A stretch of DNA of 63,021 nucleotides, filler included, from Octopus bimaculoides (Eukaryota), in assembly GCF_001194135.2 (NCBI RefSeq). It is 3 parts of 3 records of this genome, joined end to end, with 100 filler letters (N's around TTAATTAATTAA, not from the genome) between each part and the next. Parts side by side here need not be neighbours in the genome. Positions count along the whole stretch, not along the records: positions 1 to 28,952 come from NC_068990.1; positions 29,053 to 60,396 come from NC_068999.1; 1 more part is not named here. One strand, written 5' to 3'. The translations under genes were made by a program, and so were the position numbers. Positions within the stretch are counted from its first letter, which is position 1; each line of letters starts with the position of its first letter. The notes below the pieces were generated by a model. That model was not told where the DNA came from. It did not search any database and worked only from the letters and a program-made list of their open reading frames with translations. Of the stretch, positions 23,840 through 37,500 are shown in pieces.

Positions 23840-24480
23840 TGTCTCTCTATTTTCGTAATTGCTTGCGTAACTTTTCTTGGAGTAATTTCTCTCTCGTTTT
23901 GTATATTAAAGGGAATTTCCTTTCTTAATTGTTTTAGAACGTTACTATCTACTTATGCTTGGCGCCTGTAAAGTTTCTCACACAATTCTCTCTGTCTAAA
24001 AGTAATTTCAATCGCTTTGGATTATTGTAGGTTGCAATATTTTATCTCCACTAGCTTTGCATTTAGCTATTGATTCTTTGTTTATATCTTCAAATACTTC
24101 AGATATTTTTCTTGAGTTATTTGCTTTATGATTTATTTCGAGTTCTTCATATCTGTCATTTATTCCTGCTTATTATGCTGTCCGTCCTAATTTCGTTTTT
24201 TCACGTTCCTATGGTCAATCTATATTCTATTTCTGCTGTTTCATTTTTGTATAGTTCATTTCAGAATTCTTTTATCACAAATGATTAAAGAATCTTTATT
24301 TATCCATAGTTTTTTTACGTTTGCTTCTTGTATCAAGAATTGTGTAGGCAGTTACTATTAATTCTTCAAAGGCACCGGTTTATTCTTGAACATTTGCATC
24401 TAATAGTAATAAAGCTGCGAGATTTCCTCCTATCTGTACTTTTAAATTTTTCTCTCTTGTTCACGTCTTAAAATGATGGG
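23840..24480 (-). mobile_element. Degenerate RTE-like LINE ORF fragment (tether to RT start)
   Basis: Minus frames give INDRYEELEINHKANNSRKISEVFEDINK and EREITPRKVTQAITKI (compare ITxEEVxxAIxKL). Confidence 0.55.
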
Positions 24481-25503
24481 TGATATTTTTTGCTTATTAT
24501 ACTATATGATTGGTATGATGTATTTTAATGTCAGGCGTTGATTGGGTAGAGTACGTGTTATATTGTTAGGTGGCAATTTTGTAGGATGTGAATTGTGTGG
24601 GTTGCTGTTCTTATATAGTTGGCTATCGATTATGTAAGCGTTTGTTTTGCGTTCATTTATTACGTGGAGATTGTATTGTGCTTTTGTAGTGTGAAAATGT
24701 TTATCAGTTATGTGGTGTTAGTGAACTGAAAGCGGTGTGTATGCGAACACCACAAATTAGGGCAATCTTCTGAAAGAAATATCTGTCTGGAGAGACATCT
24801 TTATTCTATCTATAATAATTATATCTCGACCGTTTCCTTTCATCTTTTTCTGTTTAGAAAAAAAAAAAAAAAAGGAAAAAAACCCTGTCCCAGATGACTG
24901 TGGTTAGGTAGTTCTTAAGTACCATATTTGGTTGATAAACACGACTTTTCTTATCCGTTTCCATGTCAAAGTGTCAGCATATTGCTCAGTGGGCAAAATT
25001 TTCTGTTCGATCATTTGTATGATTATACGCAGGCTTGGATTGGATTTGGCTGGCGAAAATAATGTGATTATTTATTTCATTCGACTATATCCTTTATCTA
25101 CAGTTGATGGTGGAATGTTTTACTATATTTTATCTTAGTAAGTATGTCTTATTTTTCGACCCGTTCTGCTACTGCTTTTACCAAGCGGTGATCGGCCATT
25201 GTTGACTTTCACTCTGGCTTATATCTATTCTTCTGTTATGGAGTGATTTTTAAAAGGATGTATATATANNNNNNNNNNNNNNNNNNNNNNNNNNNNNNNN
25301 NNNNNNNNNNNNNNNNNNNNNNNNNNNNNNNNNNNNNNNNNNNNNNNNNNNNNNNNNNNNNNNNNNNNNNNNNNNNNNNNNNNNNNNNNNNNNNNNNNNN
25401 NNNNNNNNNTATATATATATATATATATATATGTATATAAGTGTATGTATATATCTATATATATACATATACATATACATACATATATACATACACACAC
25501 ATA

Positions 25504-25534
<31 letters not shown>

Positions 25535-26372
25535 ATATAAATAGTGCATTGTTTATTACATGCAGTCGTAGTTTTCCGAATGTTATATGAATTTATTTGT
25601 GAAATAATGAAATATAGATATTAATAGGAAAATTTCAGAAAGAATAAGCGAATCATATTCAATAACTTATGAATATATTTTTCATTTAAGGTATTGTATG
25701 TTTAATTTTCTTCTGCTCTTCTATTTTTCAGGCATTATTTTTCTTTTCACTGGCAGAATCAGCCAATCACAAATAGTTATTAAAAAGCCACATAGAAACT
25801 AAAAATGAAAATCTTGCCTAATTTCACGCAATATAAATTAGAAAATTAATTCAGTGGTGATTTGTAATGTTTCATATTATTTATATTTGTTTTCCTATTC
25901 TTAATTATGTATTTTTTAATATAAGAAATAAATATATGCGAAACGAAAACACATACACACTCAAAGATACATTTAAAAACACATATAAATATACACGTTT
26001 ACACACACATATATATATATATTATCAAGGATCGCAGACACATACCTCGAGTGTGTGACACCGAAACTCTAACTATGGATGGAATACCTTGACTGTTTTC
26101 CAATAACAAGCTCTGCTTTATTTCTCTGTGTGTGTGCGTGCGTGTGTGTGTGTGTGTGTGTTTGTATGTGAGTGCGTGTGTGTTTGTGTGTGTGAGCGTG
26201 CATGTGAGAGAGAGAAAGAAAAAGAGAGTGTGTGATGAAAAGTGAGAGATTGTGCGTGTGTGTGTGTTCATATGTATTTGCATACGTGTAGACATACAAA
26301 CATGTTTGCATTATACATATTCACGTATGTCTGTCTGTATGTATGTATGTACGTGTGTATATCTATCTGTCC

Positions 26373-26424
<52 letters not shown>

Positions 26425-26431
26425 CTCTCTG

Positions 26432-26471
<40 letters not shown>

Positions 26472-26813
26472 NNNNNNNNNNNNNNNNNNNNNNNNNNNNN
26501 NNNNNNNNNNNNNNNNNNNNNNNNNNNNNNNNNNNNNNNNNNNNNNNNNNNNNNNNNNNNNNNNNNNNNNNNNNNNNNNNNNNNNNNNNNNNNNNNNNNN
26601 NNNNNNNNNNNNNNNNNNNNNNNNNNNNNNNNNNNNNNNNNNNNNNNNNNNNNNNNNNNNNNNNNNNNNNNNNNNNNNNNNNNNNNNNNNNNNNNNNNNN
26701 NNNNNNNNNNNNNNNNNNNNNNNNNNNNNNNNNNTAATATATACATACATATTGTATTTATTGTCTGTGATTGTAAGTGTAACTTTTTGACGCAGTGTAT
26801 ACACACACACACA

Positions 26814-26893
<80 letters not shown>

Positions 26894-27603
26894 AATATTT
26901 TGTCTTTGTTTAAAACCTTATACATAAAAACACACACATACACGCACACAGACACACAGACGCACTTCTATATATGTATTTATATGAATATGTACATACA
27001 CACACATCAACTTATTTATGTATATAAAATATCAATCATAAAAATTACAGACTCGTGTTAGTTGTGAACCAATTCGTGATAAACAGAAAAATAACATACT
27101 CTGTAGATTGTAACAATAATGACATATGTACGTAAAATTAAAACAGAAAATTATTGAGAACAAAATGGCAACAAAATGGGGGAAAATCATATAATAAAAT
27201 TAAAAGTATATGAACTATAAGGACACGGTGTATGTTATTGCTGTGCTACAGTTAGTGTGGCGTAAACATTATTCAAAATGTTATAACCTAATGATTTCTC
27301 GAGACAGAACAGTTAATGTGGCCTTCTTAATTCTAGCGCCTCCAAATTAGGTGATAGGACTTTCTATACCATTTACTTATGAATTACCTAACTGATGGCG
27401 GTGGTAAACTTTTACCAGAGAATCCTTTTTGCTTTACTGCTTTTACATATTAAACACAACTGAAGTCATTCGAGATCATAAGATATCAGGACAGGAGTAG
27501 CCATTCATAATGTACTCCAGCTGTTGAGACCTTTTTGAATGAGAATACCTATGGTTAGATACACTGCAGCCGTAATAATTCTATCTTCTCTCCCGACATA
27601 ATA

Positions 27604-28324
27604 CAGGGTAGCGAACGAAAAATTAACCCGGGTTTTGTAGTATAGAGTAAATACAGAAATAAATTTACCTTTGCTCGACTGGGTGTAGCTCACCATCAAC
27701 AACGCTATTCAGAAGCCATGTATAGTAATTTATTCGTTTGCTCTTGTCCCCCACTTTTGATTGTTGTACTCATGTGAAATGATACGCCTTCAAGATTAAA
27801 CTTTTTAACACACGTTAGCATGGCCTGCTTATGAGAGATTGCTGCGCTACATTACGTGTTGACATCTTTGAATTTCGAGTAATCCTCGATAACTTCCGAC
27901 GTTCGAACTGTAGGTTCTCTTTGTTTGGGGCGGTTGTGCACTGACTCTGTTGCGCACCACATCTTCCCCAACGTTTCGATCGTTCTCTTTGCCAGTAAAC
28001 CTTTACACGGAAACTTGACTTCAAACATTTCGCGACAATGACTCGCAGGACCTGTTCTTAGTATAAGCTTCTTCAGTGGGTATTGAGTACATCAACCTAC
28101 AGAAAAGTCTAGAGATATTGACTCAGAGCGATCATATATTCAACTAATGTGGTGAAGACGCTGTGAGGATTAAATAGCCAACGGTTGACTAGTGCACCAG
28201 TTACAAGCAGGGAAAATAACTTAATGACTCTTAGAAACGAAAGTGCTTTTTTCATGTTTGCAAACTTTTTTCTGCATTTACACTATGGTACAGAACTCAG
28301 ACAAGTCTTTCTTGTTCCACCCTG
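27604..28324 (-). mobile_element. Internally deleted IS630-Tc1-mariner element with imperfect TIRs and TA TSDs
   Basis: TA-CAGGGTAGCGAACGAAA at 27602 and TTTCTTGTTCCACCCTG-TA ending at 28326. Minus-strand translation from about 28092 gives MYS...REMFEVKFP...STRNVAQQSLISRPC*RVLKSLILKAYHFT*VQQSKVGDKSKRINYYTWLLNSVVDGELHP, an HTH N-terminus truncated before the DD(D/E) core. Confidence 0.7.
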
Positions 28325-28782
28325 TATAAACCATATTGTTTTCCGTTTCATTTTAGACGGCCTTTCGCCACCCAATTTTGGTTGCTATTTCTATGAAGTC
28401 AATCAGCTACATGAAAGCTTTATCATCACCTCACCACATTAGTCCATTTTTTCCTATAGATCTTCGGAATGATGTATGATAAACTGGAACTAGGTGTTCT
28501 GATAATTTGCTACCCACTAGCTGTGGTAACTATTTTCCTGAATGTTCATCTAGGAGGTTTAAATTGTCAAGAATTAAGTTACTATTACGCTGATTGTGTT
28601 TAACACTTACTTAGCTATTTATTTTTGGTGCTGAGGGTATCCTGAGAAATATTTGGATATGATACTCAAGTGAGGATTGAAATACCAGAATATATGATAG
28701 CAATTAGAATATATTCACAGTTAGTGATAATTTAAATGCTAACCTCATGCAATGTCTTTTATATCCATTGTAGTTAGTCTTT

Positions 28783-28784
<2 letters not shown>

Positions 28785-28863
<79 letters not shown>

Positions 28864-28872
28864 TACTACTAC
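28785..28872. repeat. (CTA)n microsatellite
   Basis: Directly visible. Confidence 0.95.
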
Positions 28873-28952
28873 TGCACCACCGTCTTTCGCCTCCTCCTCC
28901 CTCGCCACACCACCTCCCCCTCCCTCACCATACCCCTCCTCTCCCCTCTCCC

Positions 28953-29052
28953 NNNNNNNNNNNNNNNNNNNNNNNNNNNNNNNNNNNNNNNNNNNNTTAA
29001 TTAATTAANNNNNNNNNNNNNNNNNNNNNNNNNNNNNNNNNNNNNNNNNNNN
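28953..29052. other. Synthetic assembly spacer: 44 N + TTAATTAATTAA + 44 N
   Basis: Exactly 100 bp with six-frame stops; identical layout at 60397-60496. Confidence 0.95.
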
Positions 29053-29235
29053 TATACATATATAGTTTTAGGGAAAATAACCAATTTTCAAGAACTCATC
29101 GATGAACATCCACTATCACATATAGAAAAATTAATAATTAAAAGCACAATAAATGAGTATAATATAAAGTAAAGTAAATATCATAAGATAAATATAATAA
29201 AAAGATTACACGTGTGTTATATATATATATGTAGC

Positions 29236-29365
29236 GAGAATTCACAAAAAAAAGACGAGGACAGGTGGTGTAGACAACAAACAGTTGTATTTGTATTACG
29301 CTCGGGAAGTGAAAGAGTCTTTGATGTTTCGAGCCTACGCTCTTCCACGGAAAGGAACACAGAAA
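29236..29365 (-). mobile_element. Penelope-like terminal fragment with hammerhead-like motif
   Basis: Reverse complement reads CCGTGGAAGAGC-GTAG-GCTCGAAACATCAAAGACTC. Homologous to 112-220, and its tail recurs at about 49700-49770. Confidence 0.55.
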
Positions 29366-29421
29366 GAAAGAAGGAGAAAAAAAAGAGAATGTATAGTGTC
29401 TATATATATATATATATATAT

Positions 29422-29555
29422 AATCTCTTTTATCTTTTCGTTGTTTCAATCGCTTATCTGCCGCCAAGTTGGGGCACTGGCTTGATGGGCTTTAGTCGAA
29501 CAAATGTACTCCAAAACTTATTCTTTAAGCATAGTACTTATTCTATCGAACTGAG
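29422..29555 (-). mobile_element. SINE family B 3' half
   Basis: TCTTTTATCTTTTCGTTGTTTCAATC...TTTAGTCGAACAAAT...TAGTACTTATTCTATCG. Confidence 0.75.
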
Positions 29556-30044
29556 GAAAGAAAACTCAGAATGACCCGTCTGGTTTTCTTTTGTATCGCC
29601 TATCTGGATGTTTTGTTGTCCCATTCTTGTATCATCTGTCTTCCATCGAAAAATGTGTGCATGAAATAGAAAAAGTAATAAACCATTACAGACAAATATT
29701 TATACAGCCCGATATTATTATTTTATACAATAACAAATCGTATAGTAATTGAGTACTACGACATATGATAAATATACTTTTCTATATTACTTATTTCTGT
29801 ATTGAAGTGCAGTCATTTTGGTGCAAATACTTGTAGGGTTTACTGCTACAAAATGACAGTTTTTTTTTGTTTTTTTACGTTACTTATTCTATTGAATTAT
29901 TTCGTTAAACCGCTGTGTTACGAGGCCATAAAGAAATTAAAATCTAGAACGGGTGTGAAATGGTGCTGGATGAGCATGAAGACGAGCACAAAAGCAAACA
30001 CACACGACCTGCTTTTCTAAGTTTCCGTAATATACAATTCACTT

Positions 30045-30148
30045 ACATTGGTTTACCCGGGACAACGCATTTCCGAAAAGTTGCTCAGTGAGAGAACGAA
30101 CCCGTAGTTTGAAAGCAAGCTTCTTAACCGCACAGGTACACCTACACC
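30045..30148 (-). mobile_element. Degenerate SINE family B tRNA-like head
   Basis: Reverse complement GGTGTAGGTGTACCTGTGCGGTTAAGAAGCTTGCTT resembles the head of the 48854 copy. Confidence 0.55.
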
Positions 30149-30786
30149 AGTGTCAAAAATCATTAATCAGTTAACATTAGAATTCATATTTTGTCATTAA
30201 AATATTTTGTATAATGAAGCTATAATGGGTTGTAAAATATGTCACCATCTCAATTTTAAGTTATATCGCACATGAATTTGTAAGAGAATCTGCACATATT
30301 TTCAATGTCCGCAGCATAATCAATATTAGAGATGAACCTCTAATAAACTTACGCTGATATTGAATCACTATATATTTACTCCGATCCTGAACTTTATTAA
30401 ATTACGATCCTGAAGTGGCAAACTGAGTCGTGAAGCGTTTGATTTAATCACAATAGCTTAGCTTATATTCCTGCTCTTTTTATTTTTATGTCAGTTTAGG
30501 AATGCCATGCTCCAGTGAAAATCTACCTTCATATACTATTCAAATAACTGAAATGTGTTCTACAGGGTTAAATCACAGATTATTAATAATAAAGAGTTTA
30601 CATTAAAAAAAAATCAGTCTAAATTTGCCGGAAACAGTAACCCACAACACTTATTTTTTTACCTTTGTACATATTCTCTCGGTCATTTTGACGACACGCT
30701 AACTTATGGAATGCAAACACAAAGAGAAAGTCACAAACATGTAGATACACACATGCACACGCACCTCCCTCCGCAACAGACATACA

Positions 30787-30848
30787 ACCTCGGGCCGACC
30801 AAAGCATTGTGAGTGGATTTGGTAGACGGAAACTGAAAGAAGCCCGTT
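30787..30848 (+). mobile_element. SINE family B central (CORE-like) domain
   Basis: CCTCGGGCCGACCAAAGCATTGTGAGTGGATTTGGTAGACGGAAACTGAAAGAAGCCCG is near-identical to 48957-49015. Confidence 0.9.
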
Positions 30849-30989
30849 AATATTTTCTTTATATAATTTTAAAATCATTTTTATTAAATTCCATCTTAAA
30901 TAGAAATGTCTTACACTTATGCGCTATTTCGACCTCCACCTTATATATATAAACATTTGAATTGTATAGATCTCTAAACTTTTTTCAAC

Positions 30990-31100
30990 GGACTTATTAC
31001 ACTTTCCGTCTACCAAATACACTCACAGGGATTTGGTCAGCCCGAAACTATTGTAGAAACACTTGCCTTAGGTGCCACAAGCTGTGTCAGAAACCGGCAG
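30990..31100 (-). mobile_element. SINE family B central domain
   Basis: TTTCCGTCTACCAAATACACTCACAGGG...TAGAAACACTTGCCTTAGGTGCCAC. Confidence 0.8.
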
Positions 31101-32199
31101 CAGAGTGTACGTGTGCAAGTTTATATGTACATATATATTGTACATATGTGTGAACTTGTGGATGCGTTCATGAATGTTTCGGTATGTATGTATATACATA
31201 CACGTTTATTTAGGTCTGTGAATACGTGAGCATACGTATGTATATATTTACACAATGTTAATAAGAGAGAGGGGGAGGGAGAGAGATGCTTCGATAGCAA
31301 TGGCATCTTGGATTGCCATTAATTTCAACAAGCTGACCATACGAATACAATACAATTTAAAAGAAACACCTCTCTATTTCTTCCTTCTTTCTCTCTATCT
31401 TTCATTCCTCTTTTATTGTTTCCCTTTATTTATTTATTGTATTTCTGCCTCACATTTGTCTTTCTATCTTTCTTTATTGTGTCTCTTGCTCTCATTTTTC
31501 TATCTGTCTTTCTTTCTTTCTTTCCTTTCTACCCCTCTGCTCTTTCTTTCTCTCATCTACCAAAATTTTCACTACTCACAAAGACTTATATACACGTGGC
31601 TGAATAAAGAGAAGCAGATAACTTTAAAAAAGAAATGACATCTTGAAACATCATTAACTTCAGACACCTGTGAAAATATTGACCATAAAAGTACAATAAA
31701 AGCTATCTCATAAAAACAAGAAAATAGACCCCATTTCTCATTCCCTTCCTCCCTTCATTATTTCCTTCCTTCCTTCCTTCCTGCATGTCTGCCTGCCTGC
31801 CTGCCTTCCATCCTTTCTGTCTTTCTTCCTGTCTGTCTTCCTTTATTCATATATTTATCCAGATATTTCTTTCTTATCTTTTTCTAACATCTTTCTTTCT
31901 TGTTTTTTTTTTCTTTTCCTCTTTCTGTCCGGTCTTTTCTCTTTTCATCTTTCTTTCTCTCTTTCCATTTTTTATTCTTTCTGTGTGGAAACCAAAAACA
32001 GAAAAAAAGTTCTATCAAAAGCCATATCTGATACGTTCAGAATGAGATGAAATGAGATGAAAGAGGTAATATTATCCAAAATTCTGACTTAATATTTCTT
32101 AATATACATACATACACATACATACGTAAATACATACATACACATACATATATACAAATATACATACATACACACACACATATATATATATATATAATG

Positions 32200-32390
32200 T
32201 CTTACTTTTTACTTGATTCGGTCATTAGACGGTGACCATGCGGGGCCACCGCCTTAAATTTACCTTCCAATCGTATGGACCATCCTCAGTATTTATTTTG
32301 AAGTCTAGTACTTGTTCTTTCGGTCTCTTTTGCCGGAGACGCAAACACACCCACAGCGGTTGTCAAGCGGTCGTAGAAGGAGAAACACAC
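32200..32390 (-). mobile_element. SINE family B 3' half
   Basis: CTTTTTACTTGATTCGGTCATT...CACCGCCTT...CTAGTACTTGTTCTTTCGGTCTCTTTTGCCG...GGTTGTCAAGCG. Confidence 0.8.
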
Positions 32391-34484
32391 GCACAAAGCC
32401 ACATAGTAGATGTTACACTCTCTCGACCTGCTAATGAAGTGTAGCTCCCAATCTCTCACTGGAGATTGTCTGCCACAACAAAAGGTTTGTTGAGTTAAAT
32501 TAGTAGTTTAACCGTAATACTCTCTTGATTCATGTTCATTCAAATGGTCATAAATTCTTAAGAAGTCAAGCTAATATTAATAGAATCACCGGTACGTTTA
32601 CCTTACATCTACCACTTCACCACATTAAACGTCTGTAGATACTACATTTGCTTTATCCTGAATTTGGTGATTTTATATCATAAACAATCCTAAATTGTAT
32701 GTTTATTTCTTGTTGAAAATATCTCAAATATTAAATTCAAAGCCAGAAGCGTATAAACACTATACCTAAAGCGGCTTTACTTTTGATTGCACTCGTAAAA
32801 TACTCAAATAAGAATGTATTTTAGCTTAGATAGAAATCTTACGAAGAGGAAAACGATGATAAATTTGATGTTATTGCTTGCAGGTAGGTATTCTATAAAC
32901 CGCAAAAATATATATGGAACATTAGGATCTGGTGGGATTTAAATATAGACATTACCTACGGAAATATAACAATCACTATATTTCTAAATTTGATTACAGC
33001 ATCGAGAAAGTATCGGGTGCGATTATTTCATTTAACGGAGAGATGTGGATCGATAGTGTTTATATAACATAACGACAAAATGTTCGTGTGAAATTTAGTT
33101 TGGTCTGCTTACGTACAGATTTCGAATATCGCTGAATTCAGCATTGACATTTGTGGTTAAGGCATTGATGTAACTTGTAATTCAAGAGTATCCAGTCAAT
33201 ATAAATGAATGCATGCCACCCCAAATTTGCAATCATGAGCTTTTGTTTGAAACCAATATTTAACTTCCTTATAGATTTATGTGATACACATAAACGTATC
33301 TTAAATGAAAGAGCTGCTTGAGAAGAGATTGTTTAGGTAGAGAACATTTCATGAGAGATTGATCTGACTGTGTCGATGATTATGTAGTTAGCTCACCTAT
33401 TCTTTAATCTGTGTACATATTGATCGTACTTTACTTTCCACGTATTTTATCTTAGTCTGAAATTATATTTATATAATATGCATATATAGAAAATAGAAGT
33501 ATTTATTATAACGTCAATTCTTCTTACACCAATGTCCTGCTTGACAGCTCTACAAGAAACACAGGTTATTCAGATCCCTCCAAAAATAATATAGTGTCTT
33601 CCATTTTTAGAGCATGTCGTTGGTTATTAAGAAATCACAGTTGTTTGTGGACAAGCTAATGCAGATTACAACTTAAATCAGTTTTCAATAACAGTATAAT
33701 TATAGAATAATTTGAAAGAAAGTAAGACCAAAAGCTACAAAACCACACCAGTTTTCAACACCATTATTCTCCATTAACTTCTGCGAGTCAAGTTTTTGAC
33801 GTTGAAGTGTAATTAGTTGTTTCATTGATATTCATCAAAGTGTCTTTCAGCAAGGATGGAAACCGTGGAAAAAAAAATTATGAAAATAAAATTACCAAAG
33901 CAATGAAGGTTTTTTTTTTTTTGTTGTTTTTTGTTCAATCGGAAACAATGTTTAATTATGTTTGTATCGATTCATAAAAGTAATTAAATGATCAGAAGCC
34001 AAGCTGTTCAGAATTAGAAACATTAGATTTTCAATTTTGAAGAATTCATTATGAAAGCGTTTTCTCCTGCACTAAATCTTACATAACTTTAATTAGATTT
34101 ATACGTGTTACTTTTTTTTTCAGTTTAGTCGAATATTTCTACATTGAAAGAAAGTGACTCAATTTGTATGGTCTTCTAATTAAACTGTTCAAATCTGCTA
34201 TATTCTGCTTGGAAGTAAAACTCATTTATATGTATCAATTCAATACATTATTCAGTAGGTTACAACATATCTCTGCAATACAATCCATTTTCATATGTAT
34301 GAATAAGAATATTTAAGCTGACTTGATTTAGCGATGTCTGCATATAGTCACTTAAATATCATGCAACTTTGTTTACATAAATTTGGTAAATATTTCTTTT
34401 CATGGCTTTCTTGGATAATTTATTTCATATATTATAGTCATACACACCCAGACATACTCACAAACATACCTACATACATGTGTA

Positions 34485-34557
<73 letters not shown>

Positions 34558-37500
34558 TTCATATTGCGCAAGTCTTATTTCGGTATGTTATTTTACTCTA
34601 TGTTGTATAGCGATAATTATGCGGTGTATTCATAGAAGAACATATATTTTGTGCATGCCCACGGCTCGAAAAACTAAATATCTGACATGAGCAATTTACT
34701 ACTACAAACATGTAAGATGTGTGCAAGAATTGACTCTCCTAACAATTACTGGTGAATGGAAGCTTATGATCATCATCCTTACGATTATGAGAATTTGTTG
34801 AGTAAGCGAGTGTCTAATTCACCATTATTTGATATCATAGACATAAGATTATTGCAGTCTTGTTATGTATGCTTTAAAATATTTAAGAAATTAATCTATG
34901 CTTCAAAATCTTTTAAAACCTAATTTTCGATTCCAAAAATTCAAGAATACTTCAATGAATATCGTAATACTTGGTATGCAAAAGAAGAATACATGAAATT
35001 GTATACTTGTAAAAAGTTTAATACTACATGGGCGTGCTTTTCATGGGAGTAAATAAGGAGCAAATCAGAAGCTTTTCTAATTGTGCTAAGCACACCAAGC
35101 GTGAGAGATTTTGCTTATACCTATAATTGCCATGATCACATTATTTCATGAAGTCTGCACTTATCCGTTATGTATCTTTTCTGTATTAGAAAATATGTAT
35201 TTCTACTATTATAATGCTAAAGATTGTTGAACCCATTATGTAGAAATACCAATATTAGATCCAAAAATATATATCATCGAGTACTTTACTGAAAATAAGG
35301 AAAAATCACGAAAGGTTTGATTGTTTTTGCTATAATAATATGGCGTTGATAATTCTTTTGTTCATATGTCTGCTTCGCAACAAGGCGGGTGAAGGTCGTA
35401 TGCCTTCCGTATACCTTCCGTTATTATGTCCGTCCATAGTATATTGTTTTTGATAACTTTCAATATGTGCCACTTCAACATCCATCAGGCAACAATAGAT
35501 AATAAAAAGACGTACTCTATGAATGTAACTCGTCAAATACAATATACACGGTTGCAATGAAATTGAGCTCATTACCGAGACATATTGTAAGGTCCTTATA
35601 TATTTTGCAAATATTATGGTTCCTATATCTATGGAAATTCATGGCGCTTCGTATCATGTTCTATCTTCAACATATTTCATTCTGCGATAATAATCCTGAT
35701 CAGACGTCATTTAGTAGATAACATGAACAAGTGATCACCACGCTCACTTCACTACTACAATGCATGACTAATACCATTTGACACAGAATAAAACTGGAAA
35801 AGATGTCTCAGTTGGAGCTCTTCTTCATATGTTCCCAATCTCTGATCGCATACTGGATATTTCCAGTAGGCACATAAGGAAATGAGACAACGTTACATTG
35901 GAATAATTATACTTCACTGCTGTGCACAGTGTTTCAAGGAAGTGCGTATTTAAAGCTGAGCTACTGAAGAATTCTAATTATTTCTACATGCAACTTAATT
36001 ATTTATGACATTGTTTTTTTATAATTCTCCTCCAAAATTCGTACAAGCGTAAAATCTAATAATAATCTAGAAAAACAAATTTAGAATTGTTTCCCGTTTG
36101 CACTAACAGCCACATTGGCTGTTCAGACATTTGTCTATCAACTTATACCTTACGATATGAATCCTTTCAAACGTTTTGCCAGAATGTACAAATATATGAT
36201 ATTATATTTTAAAATTTAACTGGATTTAAAACCTATTTCTATGAAGATAAAATCTATTACTTTTGGCAATATATTTCAGAAATATATACCACTTGTCACT
36301 TCTCTAAAATCATCGTCTTCGATAACATATATTCTAAAAACCAATATAGGCTTTCAGACGCCTACCACATGCATGCTTCTAGAGGGGTGTTCTTATATGT
36401 TACAGTTTTGAGTCTTCTGAATTTCATTCTCTGTAAATGAGATAAAAATGCATGTGCGCGTTCCAGATGTCCCCTGGTTTCAATATACATACTTTCCTGG
36501 CATTCAATATGTACCATTTCTCACATCATCACTGCTCATTGTCTCTTCTATCGCTCCTGGAAAATCTCCTGAATTCTCAAATATGAATTCGCACTTACTC
36601 TTTTCTTTATGTAATATATTAATGTCATAGAAAGAATTATTGTGGTATCAGTTGCTCATTCCTTGTTATTAGCAGTCGAGTATGGGTACCTGATCATGTT
36701 TAACGCACATTCTTGTCATAAATGTAGAAATGCGTGATTAACATCAGAGGAATTAACTGACTGTGTTTCCAGTTAGCAAACAAAGCAGTTCAGATAATAA
36801 GATTTGGTTAAGAATATCATTTAAATATACATTATATGCAAGAGAAAGTGAAGACATTTTTTGCTGTTCAAGGATTGCCATTGCGACAGAAAATTGAACG
36901 TAACATGTTCTGGTTCTTTGAAAAAGATAGTCTGTATAAATATTTATTCAAATATTTCCGCAGTAAAATTCTCAAAATTAATCAAAATATCGCTTCCGAC
37001 GTTGAATATTCTATGCCAGATGCTATTTCACTTTAACGTATGCATGAATAAGCTTCGTTTTCGATAGAAATTAAGGTCTTGGTGAGTATTTATTTACTTC
37101 TTTTTTTCTTTTGTAGTCTCGTTAAATGTTTCTCTATAATTCATGTCTTTTAACAGGGTAGAGTTATTCAGCTTTTCGTCCAATATTGCCTGTCACGTTT
37201 TGAAAAGCGTTCATCAATTATGGATTAAATTGTGCTAGTGATAATGTGAGAGAAGTGAATGTTTCAAAATATTCATCCTAGAAACAAACATAACAAGCTA
37301 AACATTTCCAATCTTCTTTTACGACTGAAGACAAAATTTACATAACGTCTACTTGAGAGAAAAAGTGCATTAAGAAAACGGAAGATGATCTTGTCATTTC
37401 ATGTTCTTCGTTTCAGAAACAATTGAAAAGTGTAATTGTAAATATGTTATCGACCACAAGTGCCAAGTATCATTATAAGAGTATATGGTTAACTTTTTTA

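Noticed and set aside
35480-35560. Minus-strand YIVFDELHS resembling a DExH helicase motif II
   Set aside because: An isolated 4-residue match followed by a stop, with no other helicase motifs.
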